This document shows positions 45,737-53,995 of a stretch of DNA of 64,000 nt, piece by piece (the stretch's first letter is position 1; the number at the start of each line of letters is the position of its first letter). This stretch comes from Clostridia bacterium (lineage in GTDB: Bacteria > Bacillota > Clostridia > Oscillospirales > CAG-272), in contig JAFTYE010000003.1 in the NCBI GenBank assembly GCA_017464805.1, forward strand, positions 10,259 through 74,258, given 5' to 3'. Both the position numbers and the translations under genes were made by a program. Under the pieces are notes generated by a model, which worked only from the letters and a program-made list of their open reading frames with translations, ran no database searches and was not told the DNA's origin.

Positions 45737-46663
45737 GTGTCAGACCTACGCTTACAAACCATTTTACAGGAAACAGAGGCCGACCTCGCCGCCTGCGTGG
45801 CGCGCGCGGAGCAGGCCTATCATGAAAGGCTCCGTTCCGTGGCAGAAGCCCTGCTGTCCGACCGAAAAAAAGTCGTTTTGCTGGCAGGGCCCAGCGGCTC
45901 GGGCAAAACTACCACCGCAGGCTTTCTCGCCGCCCTTTTGTCGGCGGCGGGGCATCACGCCGCTGTGGTGTCGCTTGACGATTTTTACCGCAATCCCGAG
46001 GAAGCGGGATACCCGCGCACAGGAAACGGTGAGCTGGATTTTGAGGCCGTGGATGCCCTCGCCGTGGACGAAATACACGAGTGCATCGACGCGGTGCTCG
46101 CGGGTAGAGAATTCCTCTTGCCCCGCTTTGATTTCAAGCGCGGCCGCCGCGCGCCCGAGCGCGTGCCGCTCCTCGTCCCCGAGGGTGGCTATGTCATCAT
46201 TGAAGGGCTTCATGCCCTCAACCCCCGCCTGACCGAGGGCATTGACGGCGCGGGACTTTTCCGTTTGTTTATCAGCGTGTCCACCAATGTCCTGGACAAG
46301 GCGGGCGATCGCCTTCTTTCGGGGCGGCGTATCCGCTTCTTGCGCCGCGTCAGCCGCGATCACCTGCACCGCAACGCAAGTGCCGCCCGCACCTACGAGC
46401 TCTGGCTCGGAGTGGTAGCGGGTGAGGAAAAATATCTTTACCCCTTCCGCAATACCGCAGATGTTCAGCTCGACACCTTCCACCCCTACGAGGTGGGGGT
46501 CTTGCGCGCCTTTTGCGATCCCTTGCTCGCCGCGTCCGACGCGCCGAAGAACCCCTACGTGGACGAGATCCGACGCGGCCTGGCGCATTTTCCCATCATC
46601 CACGCATCCTGTGTGCCAAGCGACTCGCTTCTTTGTGAATTTATCCCCAATCCAACCGTATGA
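45737..46663 (+). CDS. uridine kinase/phosphoribulokinase-family nucleoside kinase-like protein
   Basis: GTG start after an AAGGGGGA RBS; P-loop LLAGPSGSGKTTTA; VSLDDFY block. Confidence 0.7.
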   Translation: MSDLRLQTILQETEADLAACVARAEQAYHERLRSVAEALLSDRKKVVLLAGPSGSGKTTTAGFLAALLSAAGHHAAVVSLDDFYRNPEEAGYPRTGNGELDFEAVDALAVDEIHECIDAVLAGREFLLPRFDFKRGRRAPERVPLLVPEGGYVIIEGLHALNPRLTEGIDGAGLFRLFISVSTNVLDKAGDRLLSGRRIRFLRRVSRDHLHRNASAARTYELWLGVVAGEEKYLYPFRNTADVQLDTFHPYEVGVLRAFCDPLLAASDAPKNPYVDEIRRGLAHFPIIHASCVPSDSLLCEFIPNPTV

Positions 46664-46712
46664 CGCACGCGCACGCGCGCATAATAAATAATAAAAAGGT
46701 AGGTACACTCCC

Positions 46713-48143
46713 ATGAAGCGCGCAAGCGGCGTCCTTCTTCCCGCATTTTCTCTGCCGGGCGATTATTCGGTCGGCTCTTTCGGGCGAGAGGCGAAAAAAT
46801 TCGTTGATTTTCTGTATGAGGGTGGCTTCTCGTGGTGGCAGGTGCTTCCGTTTTGCTTGCCCGGGGCAGGGAATTCTCCCTACAAATCCTACTCTGCCTT
46901 CAGCTATAACTACGCCTTTGTGGACCTGCCTACTCTTTACGACGAGGGGCTTTTGACCCGAGCGGAGCTGGAGGGCGCGCGCGGACGCGGCCCCTACGTG
47001 TGCGAATACGACCGTATGGAGAACGAACGCTTTGCGCTCCTCTCTCGTGCTGCCGCCCGCTTCACCGACCGTGCCGCCGTATACGATTTTTTGCAAAAAA
47101 ACCCCGCAACCGAGCAGTTCTGCCGCTTTATGGCCCTGCGCCGTGCAAACGATGACCGCCCGTGGCGGGAATTTGTGACCGACCGCTTTGACGAAAGCTA
47201 CTACTACGCCTGGGCCTTTACTCAGTATGCCTTCTGCCGCCAATTTGACGAACTGCACCGCTATGCCGCCGCACGCGGTGTCCGCATCATGGGCGACATT
47301 CCCATCTATGTGGACTACGAAAGTGCGGACGTGTACGAAAGCCGTCACCTGTTCCTTTTGCGGCAGGACAACACCCCTGCCGCCGTGGCGGGCGTACCAC
47401 CCGATTATTTCTGCGAGGACGGTCAGCTGTGGGGAAACCCCTTGTACGATTGGGAGGCCATGCAGGCGGAAAATTATGCCTGGTGGCGAGGCCGCCTACG
47501 GCATACGCTGTCGCTGTTTGATGGCGTTCGCATCGACCATTTCCGCGCGTTTGCGTCCTATTTCAGTATTCCCGCAGGTGCCGAAACGGCCAAGGAGGGA
47601 AGCTGGAAGGTCGGCCCGGGCGAGGAGCTTGTTGACCGTCTGCGCGAGGTAGCGGGAGATGCCCTGATCGTGGCGGAGGATCTGGGCGGCGAGTCGTCCG
47701 ACGTGCGAAAGCTCCTTTCGTACAGCGGCTTCCCCGGGATGCGTGTTCTGCAATTCGCCTTCCTCGGTGACATGGAGAGCCTGCACCTGCCGCATCATTA
47801 TCCGCACAATTCGGTCGCCTATACGGGCACGCATGATAATGATACGCTCCTTGGGTACCTTTTTTCGATGCCCGAGGAACGTCGCCGCCACGTATTCCGC
47901 TATTGCGGCTATAACGGCGAGGATATGCATAGCGGCTTCACGGCCGTTCTGCGTACCATGTACGCCTCGCATGCGGGATTGCTCGTTCTGCCGGTACAGG
48001 ATCTGTTGCGCTTTGGCGAGGACACGCGCATCAACCGTCCCGGTACGCCGTCGGGCAACTGGGGCTATCGTCTGACCGAGGAGCAGCTTGGCAGCCTTGA
48101 CCCTGCGCCTTTCCGAACCCTGTCCAATCTGTACGGACGATGA
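46713..48143 (+). CDS. malQ: 4-alpha-glucanotransferase (amylomaltase, GH77)
   Basis: 476 aa with SGVLLPAFSLPG, VRIMGDIPIYV, RIDHFRAF, IVAEDLG and YTGTHDNDT GH77 blocks. Confidence 0.92.
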   Translation: MKRASGVLLPAFSLPGDYSVGSFGREAKKFVDFLYEGGFSWWQVLPFCLPGAGNSPYKSYSAFSYNYAFVDLPTLYDEGLLTRAELEGARGRGPYVCEYDRMENERFALLSRAAARFTDRAAVYDFLQKNPATEQFCRFMALRRANDDRPWREFVTDRFDESYYYAWAFTQYAFCRQFDELHRYAAARGVRIMGDIPIYVDYESADVYESRHLFLLRQDNTPAAVAGVPPDYFCEDGQLWGNPLYDWEAMQAENYAWWRGRLRHTLSLFDGVRIDHFRAFASYFSIPAGAETAKEGSWKVGPGEELVDRLREVAGDALIVAEDLGGESSDVRKLLSYSGFPGMRVLQFAFLGDMESLHLPHHYPHNSVAYTGTHDNDTLLGYLFSMPEERRRHVFRYCGYNGEDMHSGFTAVLRTMYASHAGLLVLPVQDLLRFGEDTRINRPGTPSGNWGYRLTEEQLGSLDPAPFRTLSNLYGR

Positions 48144-48144
48144 A

Positions 48145-48178
48145 ACAAAAAAGAGAGAGCATCGCTCTCTCTTTTTTT
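48145..48178. terminator. bidirectional intrinsic terminator
   Basis: aaaaaAGAGAGAGCatcGCTCTCTCTttttttt between convergent malQ and s4. Confidence 0.8.
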
Positions 48179-48193
48179 GCGTTTTTGTTGGTA

Positions 48194-48484
48194 TTAGCCC
48201 ATCTGCATGGGAGGCAGCTCAATATTGGTGTTGCCGCCCCAGGAGCCGCCGTTGAGAAGGCCGCCCGAGCTCTCCTCATCCGATTCCATGAGGATGTCCG
48301 TTGGCATATCCTCCACGGATAAGGCAGGGGGAGCGTAGCTCTCGGATGCATTCATGGGAATGGGCGGAAGCTCGATCGCGCCGCTACCGCTTCCACCGCC
48401 TCCCGGCGTTTCGGAGGACAGCATCAGAATGTCCTCGGCATTCGTATAAAAGATCATGTTCGGCATGGTGTATCGGTTCTGCAT
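48194..48484 (-). CDS. 96-aa acidic protein s4, stand-alone member of the s1-s3 peptide family
   Basis: An AAGAGGA RBS lies 7 nt before ATG 48484. MQNRYTMPNMIFYTNAEDILMLSSE aligns with the s1-s3 N-termini. The track ORF extends to 48574 but that stretch is the promoter and leader. Confidence 0.55.
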   Translation of the reverse strand: MQNRYTMPNMIFYTNAEDILMLSSETPGGGGSGSGAIELPPIPMNASESYAPPALSVEDMPTDILMESDEESSGGLLNGGSWGGNTNIELPPMQMG

Positions 48485-48545
48485 GAAGAAGTCCTCTTTT
48501 CGTATCATGGCCGCTCCGCCTGTACGGCGAGCCCGAATTTCCTTT

Positions 48546-48574
48546 ATTATACCATGTCTTTCGCCTCTTGTCAA
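48546..48574 (-). promoter_or_regulatory. s4 promoter, extended -10 (TTGACA-17-TGgTATAAT)
   Basis: The minus strand reads TTGACAagaggcgaaagacaTGgTATAAT. TTGCACAAAA (48630..48621, minus strand) lies 50 nt upstream. Confidence 0.6.
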
Positions 48575-48692
48575 CCGTCATGCCGCGTTGCGCCCTCTGT
48601 TTTTTATAAGAATGGGAAAATTTTGTGCAACCTGAACAAAAAACGGACGCTATTTTTGGCAGTTGGATTTTGGGTTGAAAGGCAATATTTTA

Positions 48693-48721
48693 TTGACAAA
48701 ACAAAATAATTGTGTTATTAT
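48693..48721 (+). promoter_or_regulatory. cassette 3 promoter, extended -10 (TTGACA-17-TGtTATTAT)
   Basis: TTGACAaaacaaaataattgTGtTATTAT, 60 nt before the L3 start. A TTGCACAAAC copy sits in the 5' UTR (48747..48756). Confidence 0.6.
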
Positions 48722-48781
48722 ATATATGTGTAAAAGTCTGTGTTACTTGCACAAACAAACAACCATCGAAAGGAAAACAAC

Positions 48782-51196
48782 ATGAAACAGCGTATTTTGA
48801 GCTTTGTTTTGGCAGTTTGCATGATCGCCGTGGCTATCCCGGTCATTGCGCTTCCCGCAGTGGCTGCCGAGGGCCGTGAGGGCTTCACGACTTCCTTGGA
48901 AGTCGGTGGCGAGAACTGGCCTGTTGCTGTGACCGATGACGGCACGAACTACTATCCGGAATATCAGAACGGATGGAGTGTCGGTAAATATGAGTACGGC
49001 AAGTACTATGAGTTTAACAGCATCAGAAACGAGGGTGTCAAGCCCGCATATTTGACCTATAACCTGTTGATGTGGAACGCAAACGGTCCTTTCCTGTACA
49101 TCAGCGACGGTCGCGGCACCTTGCTGGGTGAGTCCGCCAACAATTGGGATGGCGGTACCGGCCCCGGTGCATACTATGCAGAGAAGAACAACTCGGGTAC
49201 CCCCGCAAACGGTCAGGCGTTCGTCTATACATACACCGCTCCCTACGAGGGCGTGGTTGACATCAGCGTCAAGGACCTGGTCATCTCGAACATGGGTGCG
49301 GGTACCACCGAGCCGCCTGCTCCCGAGCTTCCCGAATACTACAAGGCTTACTTCTCCATCTACGTCAATGACGTGATGGTATGGCCTACCGAGGGCGGTT
49401 CTATCACCGATCCTGATGATTGGGCTATCGTCCCCGAGATGGTAGACGGTGAGAAGGTTACCGAGGTTGTAGCCGATGCACTCAAAAACATTGAGGTTGC
49501 CGTTGGCGATACTATCCGCTTCGCAGCTGCCCGTTACAACTGCCGTGTTGCGAAGTACACCCCTATCATTACATATCACGACGATTATAACGTCGCTCCG
49601 GAGAGGAAGACCGAAACCTTTAGTAATGCCGATATCACCTGGCCCGTCAGCCGTAACACCAACGGTGTGTCCGTGCTGAAGCAGAAGGATGCCGACTGGA
49701 TCCTCGGTCAGTTCGATTCTGCAACCAAAACCTTCGTTTCCTTCGCTAACCAGAAGCGTGAGGGCTCTGAAGTTTGGGTTTGCACCGGCAACGATCCCGA
49801 TATCCTGGGCAACAACGGTATTCTGATCAGCTCCGCCTTCGCCGAGAACATCGGTGCGTTCATGGTTGGTGCTGATGAGACCAATCTGAAGCCCGCTTAT
49901 CAGTACACCGCCATGGCTACCGGTACGGCAACCGTTGGCTTGGTAGACGGCTTCGTGCTGATCGACGAGAACTCCGAGGCTGCCGCGAACGCTTCCGCCA
50001 AGATCGCTTTCTATAAGAATAATGTTCTGCTCGGCGAGGTGACCATCACCACCGATGCAAACGGTGTTGCTACCGCTTCCGCAGCTCTTTCCGCCATTGA
50101 GGTGGTAAAGGGTGACAAGATTGCCTTTGTGGCAAGTGAGGTCAGCGGCGGTGCCGTACAGGTTGCGGCCGCGCCCGTTGTACAGTACACGGCCATCAAG
50201 TCCTTTGTCGGAATAGAAACCACCGAAAAGTACGTTTTGGCTATGGATGCTGCTTCCATCATCGTGGGCGATAAGATCGCTTTGAGTTTCTCCACCTACG
50301 GCACCCGCGACGTATATCAGGATGCCGATGAAGTGAAGCTCCGCATTTGGGACAACACCGTTGAGGGTGAGAAGACCAAGGATAATGTGGTAGCCGAGAT
50401 CGTCATGGAAGCTGATGTTATGGGTGACTACGCTTATACCTGTATTTATGAGGAGTTCGCTCCCAAGCAGATGACCGATACCGTTGCTGTACAGGCATAC
50501 ATGGTTATGGGTGATGCAGAGGTGAAGGCCTCCGAGATCCAGGAGGTCAGCCTGGCCGGTATCGCATTCGAGCAGTATGAAAAGGCTGTTGCCGCCCAAG
50601 AGCAGGAGCAGGCAAACCTGATGGTTGCCGTTCTGAACTACGGCGCAGCTGCCCAGAAGTACTTTGGCTACAAGGTAGATGACCTGGCGAACAAGAACCT
50701 TCCCACGGAGCTCCAGGTAGTGGAGCAGAAACCCGACGGCTATTACAGTGCCGCTATTATGGATTCCGTTGATCCCGATGCCGCTCTTTATGCGTATTCC
50801 GAGATCACGGCCGCATCCCTGGTATTCGAAAGCACCATTGGCATTCGTGTCTACGTTGACGTAGCACCCAGCGAGGCCGACAAGCCGATCTCTATGCGTT
50901 ATGGCCTGACCTCGGAGGAGCTGGCAGGCAAGGGCGAGAAGGTTGACGGAGCTTACTCCTTTACCATCTCGGGCATTGGTCTGACCGGTCTGAAGACGAC
51001 CCGTTACTTCCAGGCGGTTGTCGAGTATACCCGTAAGGTTGGTAACAAGGAGATCCCCGCATACTACAGCGGTAACTACTTCAGCTACAGCGTAGAAGCT
51101 TACGTTGCCAGAATGGCATACGAAACCGATAAGCCCGAGTTGGCGAACCTGTTGCATGCTCTGATGAACTTGAGCGATGCCGCCGCTGCTGTTTAA
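48782..51196 (+). CDS. large secreted repeat protein L3 (804 aa), unknown family
   Basis: ATG 48782 follows a GAAAGGAAAA RBS. The signal peptide is MKQRILSFVLAVCMIAVAIPVIALPAVA|AEG. It has two copies of the YxYTA...GDxIxF module shared with L1/L2 and a distinct C-terminal region. Confidence 0.85.
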   Translation: MKQRILSFVLAVCMIAVAIPVIALPAVAAEGREGFTTSLEVGGENWPVAVTDDGTNYYPEYQNGWSVGKYEYGKYYEFNSIRNEGVKPAYLTYNLLMWNANGPFLYISDGRGTLLGESANNWDGGTGPGAYYAEKNNSGTPANGQAFVYTYTAPYEGVVDISVKDLVISNMGAGTTEPPAPELPEYYKAYFSIYVNDVMVWPTEGGSITDPDDWAIVPEMVDGEKVTEVVADALKNIEVAVGDTIRFAAARYNCRVAKYTPIITYHDDYNVAPERKTETFSNADITWPVSRNTNGVSVLKQKDADWILGQFDSATKTFVSFANQKREGSEVWVCTGNDPDILGNNGILISSAFAENIGAFMVGADETNLKPAYQYTAMATGTATVGLVDGFVLIDENSEAAANASAKIAFYKNNVLLGEVTITTDANGVATASAALSAIEVVKGDKIAFVASEVSGGAVQVAAAPVVQYTAIKSFVGIETTEKYVLAMDAASIIVGDKIALSFSTYGTRDVYQDADEVKLRIWDNTVEGEKTKDNVVAEIVMEADVMGDYAYTCIYEEFAPKQMTDTVAVQAYMVMGDAEVKASEIQEVSLAGIAFEQYEKAVAAQEQEQANLMVAVLNYGAAAQKYFGYKVDDLANKNLPTELQVVEQKPDGYYSAAIMDSVDPDAALYAYSEITAASLVFESTIGIRVYVDVAPSEADKPISMRYGLTSEELAGKGEKVDGAYSFTISGIGLTGLKTTRYFQAVVEYTRKVGNKEIPAYYSGNYFSYSVEAYVARMAYETDKPELANLLHALMNLSDAAAAV

Positions 51197-51214
51197 GCAT
51201 AAGGAGGAACGAAC

Positions 51215-51361
51215 ATGAAGAAATACATCTCTCCTGACGTAGAGCTTCTGGCACTCTATGCAAAGGATGCCATCATGGCTTCCGGCGAGAAGGGTCCGAA
51301 CGAGACCGACCTCGACGAGTTCATGAACGATCTGACGATCGACGAAATCCAAACCATCTAA
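51215..51361 (+). CDS. 48-aa acidic peptide s3 (below ORF-track cutoff), cognate to L3
   Basis: A TAAGGAGGA RBS is present and the gene starts 18 nt after the L3 stop. The product is MKKYISPDVELLALYAKDAIMASGEKGPNETDLDEFMNDLTIDEIQTI, and a terminator follows. Confidence 0.65.
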   Translation: MKKYISPDVELLALYAKDAIMASGEKGPNETDLDEFMNDLTIDEIQTI

Positions 51362-51367
51362 AAAACC

Positions 51368-51397
51368 AAGGAGGGCTTTGCAAAAAGCCCTCCTTTT
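51368..51397 (+). terminator. intrinsic terminator of cassette 3
   Basis: AAGGAGGGCTTTgcaAAAGCCCTCCTTttt. Confidence 0.8.
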
Positions 51398-51440
51398 TCA
51401 TGCAAAGAGCCCCGCGCGTTGCGCGGGGCTCGGTTCATTT

Positions 51441-52601
51441 TTAATCAACGATTGGCTGTGCAAAAAACGCCTCGATCTCGGCGCGTGGCATAGGCACGCT
51501 ACCCTGGATCAGCTCATCATTCCCGCCGCCGCGAAGCGAAAGCCCCTCGCGGAAGTAGGCAAGCCGCTCCTTCAAGGGGAGGTGTGCGGACGCGATCATC
51601 GCACGGAAATCGCCTTCCTTGCCGTACAGCACGGCGCAAACACCCTGTACGCGGGACGCACCGATCAGTGCGGCGCGGCGCAGGGCATTTGCGTCGGTTT
51701 CTGCAGAGAAATAGACCAAGTTTCCCGCCTGGTTTTCGGCAAGCGCGCCGATCTCCGCCTCGGTCAGCGCGCGCAGGTAGGCGGCTGCCGCCATCTTTCG
51801 CTCACCAAGCTCGGTCTGCAAGCGTCGTGTGCCCTCGGCACATTCGTTCTGCGGTACGGAAAGCAGGCGGGAAACCGCCGTTATCTCGCGGCACTTCGTG
51901 CGGTAATCGACCAGCGCACGCATGCCGCAGGCCGCGTGGATGCGAACGCCCCCCTTATAATGGATGAAATCCAGTAGCTTGATCAGCCCGATCTCGCCCG
52001 TGCTCGCCACGTGCGGCGCACAGCAGGCGCACAGATCCACGTCCCCGATCTGCACCAGCCGCACGCGGCCGGAAAGCCCGTCCTTGGCGCGGAAGGGTAG
52101 GGTAGCAAGAGTCTCTTCGGCGGGATAATAGGCTGTGACGGGCAGGTTTTCAAAGATCGCGCGGTTAGCCTCGTCCTCAATCTCGTCGAGCTGCTCACGG
52201 GTCAGCACTCCGTCAAAGTCCATGGTCATGTCCTCGTCGTTTAGGTGAAAGCCTACGTTGTGAAAGCCGTAACGACGGAATACAATACCCGACACGATAT
52301 GCTCGCCGCTGTGGTTCTGCATACGGTCAAAGCGCGCGGCGAAATCCAGCCGCCCCTCCACCGTCCGGCCAACCGCCAGCGCGGCGTCGGTCCTGTGTAG
52401 GATCACGCCGTCCCTCTCCTGCACGTCGATTACGTGCGCATCGCCAAGGGTGCCCGTGTCGGCATACTGTCCCCCCTCCTCGGGGAAAAAGGCGGTCGCG
52501 TCCAGTGTTACGAAAAAGCCTCCCTCGGTCTGCTTGCAGGCAAGCACCGTGGCGGTAAATTCCCGCCGATAGGCGTCCTCGTCAAATATGCGTTTTGTCA
52601 T
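51441..52601 (-). CDS. alanyl-tRNA editing protein (AlaX-L-like, AlaRS-related)
   Basis: The HSGEHIVSG and CCAPHV zinc-binding editing-domain motifs are followed by a C-terminal DHHA1-like part. AAGGAGA RBS. Confidence 0.85.
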   Translation of the reverse strand: MTKRIFDEDAYRREFTATVLACKQTEGGFFVTLDATAFFPEEGGQYADTGTLGDAHVIDVQERDGVILHRTDAALAVGRTVEGRLDFAARFDRMQNHSGEHIVSGIVFRRYGFHNVGFHLNDEDMTMDFDGVLTREQLDEIEDEANRAIFENLPVTAYYPAEETLATLPFRAKDGLSGRVRLVQIGDVDLCACCAPHVASTGEIGLIKLLDFIHYKGGVRIHAACGMRALVDYRTKCREITAVSRLLSVPQNECAEGTRRLQTELGERKMAAAAYLRALTEAEIGALAENQAGNLVYFSAETDANALRRAALIGASRVQGVCAVLYGKEGDFRAMIASAHLPLKERLAYFREGLSLRGGGNDELIQGSVPMPRAEIEAFFAQPIVD

Positions 52602-52610
52602 ACATTCTCC

Positions 52611-53498
52611 TTAAAGCGGCAAAATCGAGGCAAGCCCCGTCAAGTCGAAGAGCAAGCCGAACAACAAGCCAAGCCCCACAAGGGACAGGGCGATCAGGAT
52701 GTTTTCCTTTGCGCGGTGATTGGTGCGGAAGAGCACCAGAATGCCAACCCCCGAGCCGACAAGCAGACCCGACAGCATCGCGCCAAGCGACAGCGCACCG
52801 CCAAGATACAGCTCACACAGCACCACCGATGCGGCGCAGTTCGGCACCAGCCCGATCACGGCGGCAAACAGATGTGACACGAACGGGATCCGCAGGGGTA
52901 GGGAAGAAAGACGCTCCTCGCCGATCAGCTCCAGCCCGGTGTGTAGCACAAAGGAAACGATAAAGATAAACAAGAGCACGCGCGCCGCATGTAAGAGGGC
53001 GGCAAGGAACAGGCTCTTGCCCTTGCAATGGCAGCCCTCCTGCTCGCACAGCTCCTCGACCTCCTCCTGTGCCGCGTCTTTCCGGCGGAACAGAAGATCG
53101 CAGGCAAAGCCGCACAGAATGGCGATCACCGCCTTCAAAAGAACCAGGATCACAACCGTGGGGATGGGCATTTCGCCCGCAATCAGCACGGGGATCATCT
53201 CGTCGGAGGTAGAGAGAAAGACCGCGATCAGCGTGCCTAGCGACACCACCCGCCCCGCGTACAGACCCGCCGCGGCGGCTGAAAAGCCGCATTGCGGCAG
53301 GATGCCCAGAACACCGCCAAGCAACGGCCCCACCTTGCCCGAACGGCGTATCAGGTCGTAGGTGCGTTCCCCCGCCTTGTGCTCCAGTAGCTCCATCAGC
53401 AGATAAGAAACGTATAAAAGAGGAAAAATTTGCAGGCACTCCTGCAGAGTGTGCAGAAGTCCGTGTTCAGCTATATGCAAAAATCCTTGTAGGGTCAT
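52611..53498 (-). CDS. putative manganese/heavy-metal transporter (ArsP_2-like 10-TM family)
   Basis: ...LLELLEHKAG..., LPQCGFSAAAAGLYAGRVVSLGTLIAVFLSTSDEMIP... and a central Cys/Glu-rich loop (CEQEGCHCKG). ATG 53498 overlaps the Fur-like stop (ATGA). The family name is from memory. Confidence 0.7.
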   Translation of the reverse strand: MTLQGFLHIAEHGLLHTLQECLQIFPLLYVSYLLMELLEHKAGERTYDLIRRSGKVGPLLGGVLGILPQCGFSAAAAGLYAGRVVSLGTLIAVFLSTSDEMIPVLIAGEMPIPTVVILVLLKAVIAILCGFACDLLFRRKDAAQEEVEELCEQEGCHCKGKSLFLAALLHAARVLLFIFIVSFVLHTGLELIGEERLSSLPLRIPFVSHLFAAVIGLVPNCAASVVLCELYLGGALSLGAMLSGLLVGSGVGILVLFRTNHRAKENILIALSLVGLGLLFGLLFDLTGLASILPL

Positions 53499-53899
53499 CG
53501 GGCATCTCCTTTTTGGCAGGCAGCGCATTTCCCGTAAAGCAGGGTGCGGCTGTCATCCAAGGCAAATTCATGATTCTCGCGCAGGCTCTTTTCAAACAGG
53601 GCGGACTGCTCACGCCCCAGGTGGATCACTCGCCCGCAGGAAAGGCATTCGAGGTGCAGATGGTGGGTGCAGGCGCTTTCCCGCAAATAGCGATAGGTAT
53701 AGCCCCTGCCGCCCTCCTTGGCGTAGCGGCGGACCGAGCCGGCCTCGTATAGCCCCGCCACCAGACGATAAACCGTGCTTTTTCCTACCCCATGCCTTTG
53801 CATCTCATCGGCCAGCTCCGAGAGAGTGAAGGCGCGATCTGCATGCGTGGAAAGATAAGAGAGCAGCTCGGTTTTCTGTTCGGTACGGTACTCTTTCAT
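53495..53899 (-). CDS. Fur family metal-responsive transcriptional repressor
   Basis: A winged helix (STVYRLVAGLYEAGSVRR) plus HHLHLECLSCGRVIHL and C-terminal CAAC metal sites. ATG 53899 follows an AAGGA RBS. Confidence 0.85.
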   Translation of the reverse strand: MKEYRTEQKTELLSYLSTHADRAFTLSELADEMQRHGVGKSTVYRLVAGLYEAGSVRRYAKEGGRGYTYRYLRESACTHHLHLECLSCGRVIHLGREQSALFEKSLRENHEFALDDSRTLLYGKCAACQKGDAR

Positions 53900-53932
53900 T
53901 GGTTTGTCCTTCATTTTTATAATACGCGGAAT

Positions 53933-53961
53933 ATTATACCCCAACTTGCCCCATCTGTCAA
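53933..53961 (-). promoter_or_regulatory. sigma-70-type promoter (TTGACA-17-TATAAT) of the fur-like operon
   Basis: The minus strand reads TTGACAgatggggcaagttggggTATAAT. Confidence 0.65.
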
Positions 53962-53964
53962 TAG

Positions 53965-53987
53965 AAATTGAAAATAATTCTCAATTT
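53965..53987. promoter_or_regulatory. Fur-family-type 7-1-7 palindromic box
   Basis: AAATTGAAAATAATTCTCAATTT, with core TGAnAATnATTnTCA (compare the Fur-type TGATAATnATTATCA). It ends 3 nt upstream of the -35. Confidence 0.55.
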
Positions 53988-53995
53988 CAGTGAAA

